From positions 71,734,001-71,798,000 of the forward strand of contig OX597830.1 in the NCBI GenBank assembly GCA_951406725.2: DNA of 64,000 bases, read 5' to 3'. Every line of letters begins with the position of its first letter. Positions within the stretch are counted from its first letter, which is position 1. The DNA comes from Octopus vulgaris. Lineage: Eukaryota. This document shows, piece after piece, positions 41,326-56,296 of this stretch. Below the pieces are notes generated by a model. That model saw only the letters and a program-made list of their open reading frames with translations, was not told where the DNA came from and did not search any database. The translations under genes and the position numbers were made by a program.

Positions 41326-41545
41326 GAACTCAGAACGTAGCGGCAGACGAAATACCTATTTCTTTACTACCCACAAGGGGCTAAACACAAAGGGGATGAA
41401 CAAGGACAGACAAACGGATTAAGTCGATTACATCGACCCCAGTGCGTAACTGGTACTTATTTAATCGACCCCGAAAGAATGAAAGGCAAAGTCGACCTCG
41501 GCGGAATTTGAACTCAGAACGTAACGCCAGACGAAGTACGGCGGC
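41326..41545 (-). mobile_element. SINE family C followed by an internal restart
   Basis: Tail at 41357 joined directly to GGTATTTCGTCTGCCGCTACGTTCTGAGTTC (41356-41326). Confidence 0.8.
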
Positions 41546-41561
41546 GGCAGCAACAGCAGTA

Positions 41562-41595
<34 letters not shown>

Positions 41596-41645
41596 GAATA
41601 TTATTATCATTATTATTATTATTATTATGAATATGAATATTATTA

Positions 41646-41685
<40 letters not shown>

Positions 41686-41729
41686 GAATATTATTATCAT
41701 TATTATTATTATTATCATCATCATCATCA

Positions 41730-41806
<77 letters not shown>

Positions 41807-43089
41807 AGTAGTAGTAGTAGTAGTAGTAACAGGGTCATATATAGGGATTTGAAACGGAGATTTTAAAAGACTGTAGTCAGTGAAAGCAAGCGTCATACTT
41901 GTTGTTGCTGTAACCTCAGGAACTATAAATACCCACCGTTCACAAAAAGGGATGAAAGAAAGGGAGTACGTGCGAAAATGACGCATCTATAGGAACCACG
42001 TTGTTTGGAGCTACTCAAATCTTCCGCAGAATTCTCGAAATCTTGAATTTGGCGTTGTATCTTAGTCCACTGGCAGTGGACAGCTGACGCTTGGTCACAC
42101 TCCCCAGCGAATTTTCCGTGTTAATCAAGAATAGCAACATGAACAACAATAACAATAATAATTATGATGTTGATGATGATAATGACGACGAGGTTTATAC
42201 TCTAGATTCATTGTTAAAGGAAATAGAATGCATCCAAGATAATGAAGTTTTATTGTCCTCACTGTGGGCTCGTTTTAGAGTTGCTGTCGTAGCAGCATGT
42301 TTACCACCCACTAACGTAACAACCACTGAAAGTTGTCTAGTGAAGCAAAGCAAGAAAACAAGACAGCAAGACAGCAAGACACCTTCTAGAAATTACCATA
42401 ACCTGATTATTGACTGATGTAAACGTCTATAATTTCGGTTAATTAGTAATTTAAGATGAGAAATATGTGGACGGGAAAGGAATTGGAAACATTTCCTGTT
42501 GAAATGATCACCGATCGTTTAGTGTGATAATGCTTCGTTATTAGCCTAAAGTAAATGGGTTTGAATAATAATTAATTGCATATTTATTATAGGTATTACA
42601 TTAATTTGATGAAGCGGGTAGAGGGCCGGGTAAAAATACTTTACTCTATATAAAAGTATATGAATTCATTTCACCGGGTACACATAACGAACGAAAGTGA
42701 TTTTCTTCTGTTTTTCTTTCTTTTTTACTTACAAAAACAGTACCGGTAAACTATTCAGTGCATACTGCTAAACTTTTAGGCACAAAATAAAGTGAAAATG
42801 TCTCATAATTTGTTTTAATTTACCAGAATCTTCGAACATTAGCTATGGTGGCGTTGACTTAACTCATCACTCCATTTTTCCATTTCCCAAACTGACTCCC
42901 AAAGTTACTCTCTCCGAATCATTACATTAATTATATAGATCTTATTGGCATCTGTCCCTTTAATTTTATAAAATGTGAGTTGTACCCACTGAAAATAACA
43001 TACCAAATTAAGTAATTTTATTTAATTTCACAGTTCCTCCGTCCCAGTCGCATCTGCAGCGTTAACAATGACATCGAAGATGCAGACCC

Positions 43090-43582
43090 AATATATGACC
43101 CGACTCCTCACTTCACGTGGTTACCCACCCATCCTTATCCAATGCATCACAAGTATAAAAGCCTTTCTTGTTCCTACTACTCTATCATCCAGTTCTTACA
43201 AGTACAATCTTCTGCTTCTTACGACGCATAAAAGCTGATTATGTCACTACCCGATTCTTTCTTTGACCACCCATTCCTTCCTCTGAATTATCCTCGTCCA
43301 CATTTTCATCATAATCCCCTCCCTTTCCTGAATCCTTCTCTGCTCCCTTCCAAGCTGCTGAACGTTCTATTCTCTCTCAAACACCGGCCTCTTACTGGAC
43401 CCAGTCATGGCACGTTCCACATTTCGATGTATTTGTTATAACTTGATATATGCACTCCAGTTTTCTGTCTGTAATATGTATATCGGGCTGACTACTGGCT
43501 GACAAGTTCGCTGAGCACCTCAGAGACATTCAACTTGTCAACGTTTCACCTATCTCTCGCCATTGTCTCTCTCCGAACCATT
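43090..43582 (+). pseudogene. Decayed PLE GIY-YIG region of a third lineage (Neptune-like)
   Basis: LTGPSHGTFHI / FRCICYNLIYALQFSVCNMYIGLT / LADKFAEHLRDI....SPISRH...PNH across frameshifts. Confidence 0.7.
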
Positions 43583-44790
43583 TAGAAATAATTCTTTTTA
43601 CAGAAGTCTATTCGATTAGGTTTGATATGAAGATAAGAAATAAACATAAACAAGTATTTGTAAAAGGGAACAAAAAAAATTATGAACGTAGTTGTTTGAT
43701 GTTCTAAAAACAGTAGACAAATCTCGCTCCAATCAATAACTGTATTGTTAACGAAAGAGAGGTGGCTGTAATGGTGTAGTTCTAGATGTGGCGTTTGAAA
43801 ACAAAACATGGTCAATGAATAGAATGGATTACATCGTAGGTCTGCATCGTACAAAGCTTGATTTGCTGGTTAAGAAGTAAAAGAAATAAATTTAGCAGAA
43901 ACGTGATGTTGGGTTCCTTTTCTACGTGACATTTTGACCAACTGTCTTTTAGCATCGTCCAGCAAACCAAATCTTGTGAATGAGGAGGTGGTAACTGCTT
44001 GAATGGAAATCCATGTGATAGACTGATCCAGTAACTCAAACGGTACATTCTAGTCACATCTGTATCCCGCTCGTTTTGCATAGTAATTGCGTTACCGATA
44101 CAAGTGTTCCCGGAATACTCAGCAACGAACATACTAGTTCACTCAGATGATATTTTAGCTGGTCAAACCATTGAATACTAATCATCAAAACTGACAAATA
44201 CCATTACTTTTTAAATTCTAGATCAAAACTTGCCTGAGTGGAAAATTACAATAAAATGACCAACGCTTTTGAACAATAATAGCGATGGATACGTCCTCGT
44301 GCTGGTGAAAATATATCAAGTGGCGATCTATTGGCGATTCCAGGAGCAGATACTTAGTGAGTTCCAGTACGAAGCGACATAACCAAACAGCTAAAACTAC
44401 TGAAAAGAATAAAGGGGTAATAGTGTAAACATGTAATTCCTCTCCGCAAGGAATATGAAAATCAATATTTTAGGGTGTTTCCGCCCCCCTTACAATCTCT
44501 CCCTTTCTTTTATCCTTTCTTTTCCATCCCTTTCTATATTCTACTCTTTTTTACCTCTTTGTCCCTCATTTTATCTGTCCCCGCTCCCTTTCTCTCTCTC
44601 TCTCTCTCTCTCTCTGGCTATTAAACATTGGGAATGTCTTAACCGTACCTTATCTATGTAGCATATCCATGTAAAGTTGGTATCAGGTTTAAGACAGACG
44701 GCGTAAAATATAAAATATAAAGCAAAATAGAAACAAACAACCAAAAACAAATGTGGACCAAAACAATTTAAAAGTAAACAAAATATTGTC

Positions 44791-44840
<50 letters not shown>

Positions 44841-45014
44841 ATAGGAAAAAATCTATATATAAACAAAAAAAAAGGCGGGGAAAAATAGAAACCTCAGAAA
44901 TCTAGAATTTAGTCTTTACTGGAATGTATAACTTTTCTGTATAACTTCTGTTTAAAATCGCTATCTTCGCATACATACACACATACGCACAAATATATAC
45001 ACATATACATATAT

Positions 45015-45125
<111 letters not shown>

Positions 45126-45128
45126 GAC

Positions 45129-45179
<51 letters not shown>

Positions 45180-45351
45180 TATTTATATATATTATTGTTG
45201 TCGACTTCTTTTTGTATTTAATATAAATGGTTATCATTTTTGACCACTGTCGCAAAAATACGTTGAAAAAATAACAAGCATGACAACAACAACGATAATA
45301 AAGATGGTGATAAGGTTGATGACAATAATGATAACAATAATAATAATAATG

Positions 45352-45448
<97 letters not shown>

Positions 45449-45772
45449 TGATGATAATAATAATAATGGTAATAATAAATAATAAGAGAGACGTTTATGG
45501 CTCTTTTTGGAGACATCCTTTTCCTTCTTGTAAATATATTCTGTCCTAGATCTGACTCAATAAGACAGCTGCAGTAGAAGTGACTTTTATGCGTTTCCAT
45601 GACTCACGATTCTTATGGTTCCTTCATCATACACACACACACACACAAGCACATAACCAAACACAGAGGTACAGTCACGCAAACGCACACATATATAAAC
45701 CACATGCACCAAACAGAACGCATGTACACATACACACGCATGCACGCACACACATAGATGCACCAAACAGCT

Positions 45773-45803
<31 letters not shown>

Positions 45804-46142
45804 GTTTGTACACACGTAATAGCATGCACTAAACGTAACATACATACATACACGCACATGCTCCAAATATGACGCACAAATCGGCAAAAACACTCACGCG
45901 CATAAGCACACACACATATACTCTCACATATATATTTACACACGCATGCGCGCACGCACGTACACACACACACACGCGCGCGCAGGCACTTGCTATATCC
46001 TACTGACAGGCGTTGCATATTGGTCCATCATCATTACAGAAGATGGATTTTATGGGCGAGAAACAAAAATAGAATTGAAAAAGTAATTTAAAAAGAAGTA
46101 CTATGCGAAAAAGATTTGTCGTTGGGCGCTGTTACTGATAGA

Positions 46143-46143
46143 A

Positions 46144-46174
<31 letters not shown>

Positions 46175-46197
46175 CAAAGGTGATGATGTTGATGATT

Positions 46198-46249
<52 letters not shown>

Positions 46250-46418
46250 CAAGGGTGATGATGTTGATGATTATGATGATGCTGATGATGATGATGACAC
46301 AGGTGATGATGGTGATGATGATTATGATGATGATGATGATGATGATGATGTTGATGATGATGGCTATGATGATAATTATGACAAGAATGATGATGGTGAT
46401 GATGATGATGATGATGAC

Positions 46419-46453
<35 letters not shown>

Positions 46454-46510
46454 CAAGGATGATGATGGTGATGATGATTATGATGATGATAATGATGATG
46501 ATGATCATGT

Positions 46511-46563
<53 letters not shown>

Positions 46564-47260
46564 ATGATGACGGTAATAATGAAGACGAAGAAAAAATCGC
46601 GGCCGATGATGAAGACGATGACGACTGTGATGACAATTTTGATGATAATGATATTGATTATAAGTGTGATGCTGATGATGATCCTGATGCTGATGGTGAA
46701 GGTGCTGTTGGTGATGAGGGTGACGACGGCGAGGATGATAATGATGATGATGGTGGTAGCAGGTGTGAATGTTGTAGTTGTTGTGGTGTTGATGATAATG
46801 ATAGTAGCGTCGATGCTACAGAAACTTCTGATGAAGATGACACGATGACAATGATGATGCAGAGGACGATGACGACGCTGATGACGATGATGATGATGAT
46901 GTTGACGACGACGACGACGCCAATGATGGTGGTCGGGGAGATGATGATGATGATAATGATGATGGTGGTGGTGATGATGATGATGATGATGATGATGACG
47001 ATGATGATGACGACGACGACGATGGTGGTTGTTATGGAGATGATGATGATGATGAGGAGGAGGAGGATGGTGATGATGACGTCTACGACGCCGATGATGG
47101 TGGTTATGGAGAGGATGATGATGGTGATGATGGTGATTATGATAACTATAATGATCAAGGCGATGGCGATGACGATGAGTATAATGCCGTAGGGTCAGCT
47201 ATTGTTGTTGTTGTTGTTGTTGTTGCTGTTGTTGTTGTTGTAGTTGTTGTTGTTGCTGCG
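46143..47260. repeat. Long degenerate (GAT)n tract followed by (GTT)n
   Basis: Directly visible; recurrent GACAAGG(G/A)TGATG variant blocks. Confidence 0.9.
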
Positions 47261-47620
47261 GCTAGTGCTGGCAATGATGTTGAAGAAAAGAGCAGGATAA
47301 AGACGAGAAAATATGCGACATAGAAAGCAAGCCATGCATATCAATGATCGATACACAAACGGAACGAATATTATTAAAAAAATATTAATGGAGTCAGTAG
47401 AGTGACGTTAAATATCGGCAGAGACATTTTGTTGATGTTGTTCTTTTATTTATTCTTTTTCTTCTATCAATCTTTCCGCTGCGGCCAGCTGGAGCTTTGC
47501 CCGTAAGGGTAATGTTTATTTATTTATTTATCTATCTATTTTAGTCAGTCATATCAATCACTGTACTTTCTTCGATCCGGTATCCATGTTTACTAAATAT
47601 TGAATCTCTCTGTTACGTAT

Positions 47621-47678
<58 letters not shown>

Positions 47679-47830
47679 ACACACACGCACACACACACGC
47701 ACACATATATACCTTTGTATAAATACATATCAAAGAGTTTTCCATTCTTTCTGAGCGTCAAACTAATACTTTTCCCTCGCCTGTCTTCGTATTTTGTTTT
47801 CTGTAAATTTGAACACTCTCTCTCTCTCTC

Positions 47831-47988
<158 letters not shown>

Positions 47989-48099
47989 GGACTTGGATAA
48001 CTGAGATATATTTCGACGAAAGATTGGTCCAGGCCATGTCTAACTTAATAGCACCTTCTGATAGGATTAGCTAAATCTTTTTAAAGTCAAGTATTGTGG

Positions 48100-48700
48100 T
48101 ATCATGGTCCATTCGAGTAGGGAGTTCTTCTTGAGTAAGTTGTATCCAGGTATAGGTGACTTATCTGGTATTCCTTGAAGAAATTAGTCCAGATTCCGTT
48201 TAAAGGTGATGGAATGGTTTTCTTCTTAGATCTGTTTCGGGTCAATGTTCAATAGAGCAGGACTCTAATGCTTTAAGATGGTCCCAATAATCGAGATCAG
48301 TCATGCCCTTAATTCTTTTAGTGAATGACCTCTCGGGAGATTCAATTTTCGAAATGTTGTATGGGTTGACCACGGGGGGCAGCAATATTCGAGGTCTGGC
48401 CAGACGAAGAAGAAATGAAGAATTATGACACCTTGTTCTCTGGACCAGAAAGTTCTTAAAATCCAGGAGCTCATCCTCCGAGCTATACCGACCTTATTGT
48501 TGATGTGGACTGAGATTGTTGTCAACAATTACTTCAAGGTCTCTGATGTTATTAGATGCTGTGAGTGATTCTCCTGAAGGAAGAGATTATGCCTGATTTA
48601 GTATAGTATTTCTTCCAGAATCCATCCTCTCAAACTTGCACTCGTCTAGTTGCATTTGTTTTTGTCGAACAACCATACAGATGATTTGTTTATAGTGATC
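48100..48700 (-). pseudogene. C-terminal ORF2 fragment of a CR1-group LINE
   Basis: MQLDECKFE / HINNKVGIARRMSSWILRTFWSRE...VWPDLEYCCPPWS, matching the post-RT HI..A.R..ILR.F...VRP.LEYC..VW.P pattern. Confidence 0.75.
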
Positions 48701-48939
48701 AAATGTTTCTATTCACATAAGCTTAATCACTCCATCTAATCGACATTACTTGTACAGGTGCACCATATGCTTCATGTCAGATGATGAAATGATCAAGAAC
48801 ACGACGCGTCGCTCTGTCTCAGAATCGAAACCCCGATCTCGCAATCGTGAGTGCACTAACCACTAAGACATACGTCTTCACTATATGTGTGTGTGTGTGT
48901 ATGTATATATGAGTGTATATATAGATATGTGTATGTATG

Positions 48940-48995
<56 letters not shown>

Positions 48996-51084
48996 GCGTT
49001 CCAATCCACTGACTAAAGAACGTTTACAATTTACGCAAAAAGAAGAGTTAGTCTACATCATCAAATGCATACGAAATCGCAGGTGTTATTTCAGAGTTTT
49101 CTTTCGCATAAAGAGATGTCTAAACAAAGAGCAGTCGATTCTTACTTTCAGCTCCAAGCGACCCATTGATTCTATGAAGCCCAAATCTGTTGTACTCTAA
49201 GCAGGACCAGTCAGATTCTAGTGCAGTTTGCTGTCTCTCAATCGCTCTCTTATTTACTCTCTGTATCTCTCCATCTCATTCTGCCACTGCCTCTCTTTCA
49301 CACGTTCTCTCTATTTTTACCATCTTTCCGTCTGAGATATCCTGAATATTTGTGGGCTGGAGATTGAGGTGACCTATCACATTATGGTAATCCCCTTCAC
49401 TGGCCCGCCTTAAAGTTATTTACAGCTAAGTAGAGACCGACGTGATCAGTTTCTATTCAATGCAACACGGCCTCTGGTTATTGCTGTGATACCCCTCAAT
49501 ACATGTCCTGCTAGTGCAACCTTTAGTAAAAGACGTTCCAAGCATGACCATTCTTCTTTTGTTTTGACATAATGTATTTAAATCTACCTCGCATAATGTC
49601 TTTTGTAGTAGCTTCAAGACTGTAGTTAACGGTTTGAAGGTTATTTGGTTGCTATTTCTAACGATGCATCACGGTTTTTTGTTACTTTGCTTTAACTTCG
49701 CAACCTATCTTTTTAGTGTAAACCTAAAATGAAAACGCTCCAGTCATGACTATTCCATTTTCTTTTTAGAATTACAGCATATATTGCATTTTCCATTGTA
49801 GTTTACAATTTGAGGGGGATTTGGTAGCTATTTCTAATGACTATGCAAAATATTTCTCTCGTTGGTTCGACATGGCTAGTTGCCCAATGTCGTATCGACG
49901 CAGCCATGTATCTGCTGCGTTATCATGAACCAATATACCTGTATTTACTTTCGACAGCTTCCGAAGATAATATCATACTGATCAAATGTGTTCAGTGAAC
50001 ATAAAATGTTCACTGAACACAGCTGCCTTGTTAGCATCCAGATATACTTCCAGTATCGATTAGACGAGCTCTAAGCTGGTCTTATTATCAACCCAACCTA
50101 CCGCTGCTTCTTATTGCGTGTGAATCATCAAATGTAAAGCTCAAACGGAAAGATTAAACAGAAATCTTTCTCTATCTTGTTCTTTCCGAAGCTCTGCCAG
50201 TGAGATTACCCATGTCAATGCATACGTTTTGCATGCATGTTTTCTAATCATCGATTTGTCAGCACTCACTGGATACCACTACTGGAGTTACTAACCGAAG
50301 CAGTAGTTATGTTTGTGAGGTTGGTTGATTACTGCACTGTTAATAACTACAGCAATTGAATAAGGCACATAACTCTATGTTCGCATCAGTCTTCTCGGAT
50401 GGAAAACAAAGTTGTTTTATTATTACGGAGTTACTTGAGTGTAGTTTGCAGCAGAAAAGCAATTCATTTGTGAAACGTAATGGTCTCTAACAATATGCAA
50501 ATTTACAACTGCTACCAAAACAAACAAAGAAACAAATATAAAAAGAAATATATAAATGCAAATCGAAATCAACATGGAAAACTGGATTTAAATCGAGCCA
50601 ATAATGGATTCCCAACATGGAGTCTCGACCTCTTAAAAATAGCAGCCACTCACTCCTTCCTCAGAGCATACTTAAGGTCTTTAAAGCAGGAAAGACTGGC
50701 CACGTTACATAATGTTGTTCTGGATACTGTCAACATGACCGACTGTATGTATCATGGCAGTATTTCCAATAATCATTGTTTAGTTTTATTAAGCGTAACT
50801 TGGAGCTTGCTTATCCTCAGCTACAATATCCAAATGCTGTAGTATTTGGATAATGTAGTTATAGATATACACAAAAAATGGAGTGGTCACAACTGGAACG
50901 GCTTTGATCATAGACCTATCCGTTTCAGTATTGAATCAGTGCTTCACAAGAACAATAGCAAACTTGATGACAACTACTACCAACAACATTACATCTACGA
51001 GCGGTTTACCGATACCACAACCAAAACCCGAAATGTCTACATTTCTGATATTAGATGAAAAAAAATTGTGGTAGTTAGCGACGA

Positions 51085-51374
51085 GTGGTGCCACATGGCC
51101 TAGTGGTTAGAGCAGCGGACTCGCGGTCGAGGTATCGCACGTTCGAATCTCAGACCGGGCAATGTGTGTGTTTATGAGCGAAACACCTGAGCTCCCCGCA
51201 GCTCCGGCAGAAGGCAATGACGAACTTCTGCTGACTCTTTCACCACAACTTTCTCTCACTCTTTCCTCCTGCATCTTGCAGCTCACCTGCGATAGACCGG
51301 CGTCCCATCCAGGTGGGTAAAGAAACCGGGAAGCCGGCCCTTATGAGCCAGGCATGGCTCGAGAAGGAACAAAC
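51085..51374 (+). mobile_element. SINE family B with tail type 3
   Basis: Head TGGCCTAGTGGTTAGAGC, B box GTTCGAATC; TSD AGTTAGCGA(C/T)GA at 51073-51084 and 51375-51386. Confidence 0.85.
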
Positions 51375-52534
51375 AGTTAGCGATGAAATATAGGTAGATA
51401 ACTCACCGAATGAAGATATCTCAGCTACTCCTGACGGAAATTACGTAACACCAATATGCAAATGCTCTATAACAATAATATTAGGGTGAAACTGTTTTGA
51501 AAATATTAGATAGAAAATAAGGTGAGAAATTTTCTCATACATACAACAAGGGGTAGATGGATTTGTTGCGGGTTAGGATCAAGAGAATGCTCATTACACG
51601 ACGCCGACTGTTAAAGCGATCCTCAATGTCACAGTCCAGGCGAGAGAACTCACCTCAGAATCAGACACCGATATTTCACCATTATTGTGGCTTATCGCTA
51701 ATAAGTAATCAGTATATTTGTTTGCATATGTTTCACACTGTTTGACGAAGTCATAGCGTCATAGTAAATTTTATAAATTTGAAATTTTACACTCGCCTTT
51801 CCTCAACCGCCAGCTCTACATCAACTCGTTAAAATTGCTTTTAGGAAATTTGATGCTTTAAATATTTTCTTTTTTTTTTTTTTCCTTTCGGCGAAGGCGC
51901 TCGAATTATTTAAAATGGCACAAGGTTCTGTGTGTCAAACATAAAGGTAGATGAAATTGCTAGTCTGTAAGATCGGTAGTGAATAATTAAAGAAGAAAAA
52001 GGAAGAAAAAAAAAGGAGAAAAAGTCGTAAAACAAATATAATTTTTCTTATAAAGGAAAATAACGCAAAGGTAGTTTCTAACGAAACTTGCGTACCACTT
52101 TATAGTTTGCATTTTGTGTATCGAATTTACCAGAACTTCAAACTGTCAAATGTCTGAGGAGTCGGATTTGGAGTGAGGTGGTCCTGTGTTCGATTCTACT
52201 GCGAGGTGTCTTTGATAAGTGCTTTTCAAGTTGGAAATATGTCGGAATGGTCCAAAATGTATCCATGTGCGTGATTGACATTTGCTTCGTAGAATCAGTC
52301 ACCAGTCGAACAAAACATCTGTCCGGGTAGGAAGTCCTGTGTATTTCGCCTGTCTCCTCCCTTTAAACGTAAACTCAAAAATAAGGGTAGTTACACTGGC
52401 GATGCTCCAGCATGGCCGCAACCATGGGAGTGAAACGCGTAAAAGAATCAACGAATAAATGATACACGCGCACACACACATCTGTCATATTTATACATCT
52501 CTCTCTCTCTCACGTATTCGCACGTATTTATACA

Positions 52535-53004
<470 letters not shown>

Positions 53005-53080
53005 AACGCATTTACGACTACGGACCCCGACACGAGATCAATGCTTCATTCAAGAATTATCGGAAAAAAGAATTAAATAT

Positions 53081-53138
<58 letters not shown>

Positions 53139-53707
53139 AACAGAAATCAACGTATCAAATTAATAATAAACAACAACAGCAAAACGAACAACCCCCACCC
53201 ACCAAAAACAAAATAGATAAAGGTGTAGGCTGGACGCTGCAAATATCTAGGCTCCGAACAATGAATGACACAAGATGTAAACGTCCCGCGGATATATTGC
53301 GGGTGGCGAGGTCATAGGAAATAAAACCTCATCTGTGAGCGAGGTGTCCTCGTAAAACATTATATCCTTTCTGTTGAAATTTAATTACTGAGAAGCAGGT
53401 GTTTCCAACTGAAAACAGCATTTGTGTTATGTGGTATTGTAAGCCACCAATCGTTCAGTGGACATTGTCTCAAATACTTACAAGATAACTAATCCTGAAG
53501 CAAAGAGCAGCATAGCAAAAGCGAAGACTTTGATAGTTTCGGCTTCGTTCCTTTATTTGATTATATTTTACGATGGCACATTTACCTAGCGAATTCGGAC
53601 GCCTGAACGAATCGTTCATATTCTTATTTTCAGCGTATCTCTACGGCTGTCAATATGTGTATGTATGTGTGTATGTTTGTATGCATGTATGTATGTATGT
53701 ATGTATG

Positions 53708-53741
<34 letters not shown>

Positions 53742-54447
53742 TGTATGTATGTATGTATGTATGTATGTATGTATGTATGAATGTATGTATGTATGATTGT
53801 ATGTATGTATGTATGTATGAATGTATGTATGAATGTATGTATGAATGTATGTATGTATGAATGTATGTATGTATGTATATATGTACGTATGTATGTATGT
53901 ATGTATATATGTATGCATGTATGTATGTATGTATGTATGTTTGTATGCATGTATGTATGTATGTATGCTTGTATATATGTATGTATGTATATATGTATGT
54001 AAGCATGTATGCATGTATGTATGTATATATGTATATATGTATGTATGTATGTATGTATGCTTGTATATATGTATGTATGTATGTATGTATGCTTGTATAT
54101 ATGTATGTATGTATGCTTGTATGTATGTATGTATTATGTATGTAAATACGTACGTATGTTTGTATACATACATGCATATAAGTATGCGTCTATGTGTAGG
54201 TGCCGTGTGTGTATGTGCGTGTGTGTGTTTGTTTGTGTGTGTGTGTGTGTGTGTGTGGCGGGGTCGTTTCCGTTTGAATATGCGGTGTGTTTTTGTTTGG
54301 CCCATAGCAACCGTGCTGCGACACAGTTTGAGGTAATTTTTATAGTCGCTAACCTGGTGTTAGCTTAAAATTTTTATGAAGGATTCCAACGCAAGAATGG
54401 GTGTGCATGAGTGTGCGTGTATTGAAACTGTATACACAGATAATATG

Positions 54448-54506
<59 letters not shown>

Positions 54507-54567
54507 ATGTTTATATATATATATATATATATACGTGTATATATACATATATATATGTATATATTTA

Positions 54568-54616
<49 letters not shown>

Positions 54617-56008
54617 CATACATACATAAATGAACTTTTTTTCTTGTTACCTTCTAGTATATACACGCATAAAAGGAGGTAAAGACCCTCTTCTGTTATG
54701 AATGACCATGGGATTGCACCTAGAAAGTTATCCTCCGAGGCACAAGTCTGGGCAAGATTGTTTATGGAAGACCAGCAGTAGCCCAGGCATACTAGACTTC
54801 AGCTTGCCATGTCACCGATGTGATATTGAAATACGAAAAATTAGACATGATATGTATTCACATTTCCCCTTTTAAATACGTAGGAACGTGTGTGTGTGTG
54901 TGTGTGTGTGTGTTTGTGAATGAATGTCAGTGTCCGTGTGTCTTGGTCTCTACATGATTTGTAGCGTAAACCATTTACATTGCCAGCCCATCCAGCTCAG
55001 ATTCTTCATTCTCGTTTACAAGTCAATACACACACACACAAGCACACACACACGCACTCACATATACACACATAAGCACACATCCATATATACACACACG
55101 AACGCGCGCACGCACACACATGCATACACAACACACATGCATGCACAACACACAGCCATCTTTGTATCATACTTAATATATATACACCGTTGAGAGGCTA
55201 TTTACTGCGGTATTGTTCCTGAGATAACGCCTCGTATGGACACGCTGTTTAGACAATACAATAAATATTAGAAAGAGAGAAAAATTCGTCCCCAAAGCAT
55301 TCAGTGAGAAAATCAGGAGCATTTGGGCTTTTAGGGGGAGCTTCTCAATAGCACAAGTCACATTCTTGTAGGAGATATTGTCACCTCTGATATAAGAAAA
55401 GAGAATAAACCATTTGATTCAACCGGCCGGCTGTTTGTGTAAGTGACTAGCTCACTATATATATATATTTTTTTTTATCAGAGGCGATCAATTCTTCTCT
55501 GAGTATGAGTCTTGTAGCAAATACGCGCATGTTTTAGGTCGTTGGTGGTATTGCTTAACTCTAGATTGACTCTGACTGAGCAGGTCGATGACCAGTTGCA
55601 ATCAAGCCATGAACATCCAGTGTATCCTGGAATACATTATTCGATATAATTTTCTAATTTTTTAGACGGCAGAGTGTAATTTGAGGAAAATTTAACTGCT
55701 CTTTCTAGCTCGTCATTGACGAATCCTGTGGGAGGTTCTTTAATTATATAGCTGCCTCGCTGGTTTCTGTTTTGTTATTGATTCTTGAAGAGGAAAAATT
55801 AAGTTTTTATGCGAAAATAACGTTAGCTGAAAGTTAATTGTCTATAAAGGTAGAATAGATTCTGTTCGTTGTAAGTTGACATTGTAGAAAGCTAAAAAGA
55901 AAAACAGAAAAATGCTTCTGTAATTTAATGAATACATAAATAATACGGACGCGGCGAAAGAACATTTGTTATTTGGTAACTAAAAAAATAGAAAAGTACC
56001 TACGGTCA

Positions 56009-56038
56009 ACCGGAAGTGTGAGTGTATACCGCCATCTT
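56009..56038. promoter_or_regulatory. Candidate promoter/TSS region: ETS and YY1 motifs with a splice donor
   Basis: ACCGGAAGTG (56009-56018), GTGAGT (56018-56023) and CCGCCATCTT (56029-56038) in non-repetitive, CpG-containing sequence. Confidence 0.35.
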
Positions 56039-56296
56039 TTGTACATACTGACACGGTTTGTGATTTTTAGCAACGAATATGTGAGACTGCGAAGGCGGCA
56101 AGCTAGCTAAATCTTTACCACGCCGGGAACACACTCACAAATTTCAGATTTTATGCCTATATTAGAACGGATTTTGTCGACGGATCTTGCTAATATTAGT
56201 ATGGGCGCATACACTGTAACAAAACATCGCTACATCATATCGGGTTTTTCTGTGACATATCGATCTTCGCACGACACTAGCAAATATAATGTTTAA

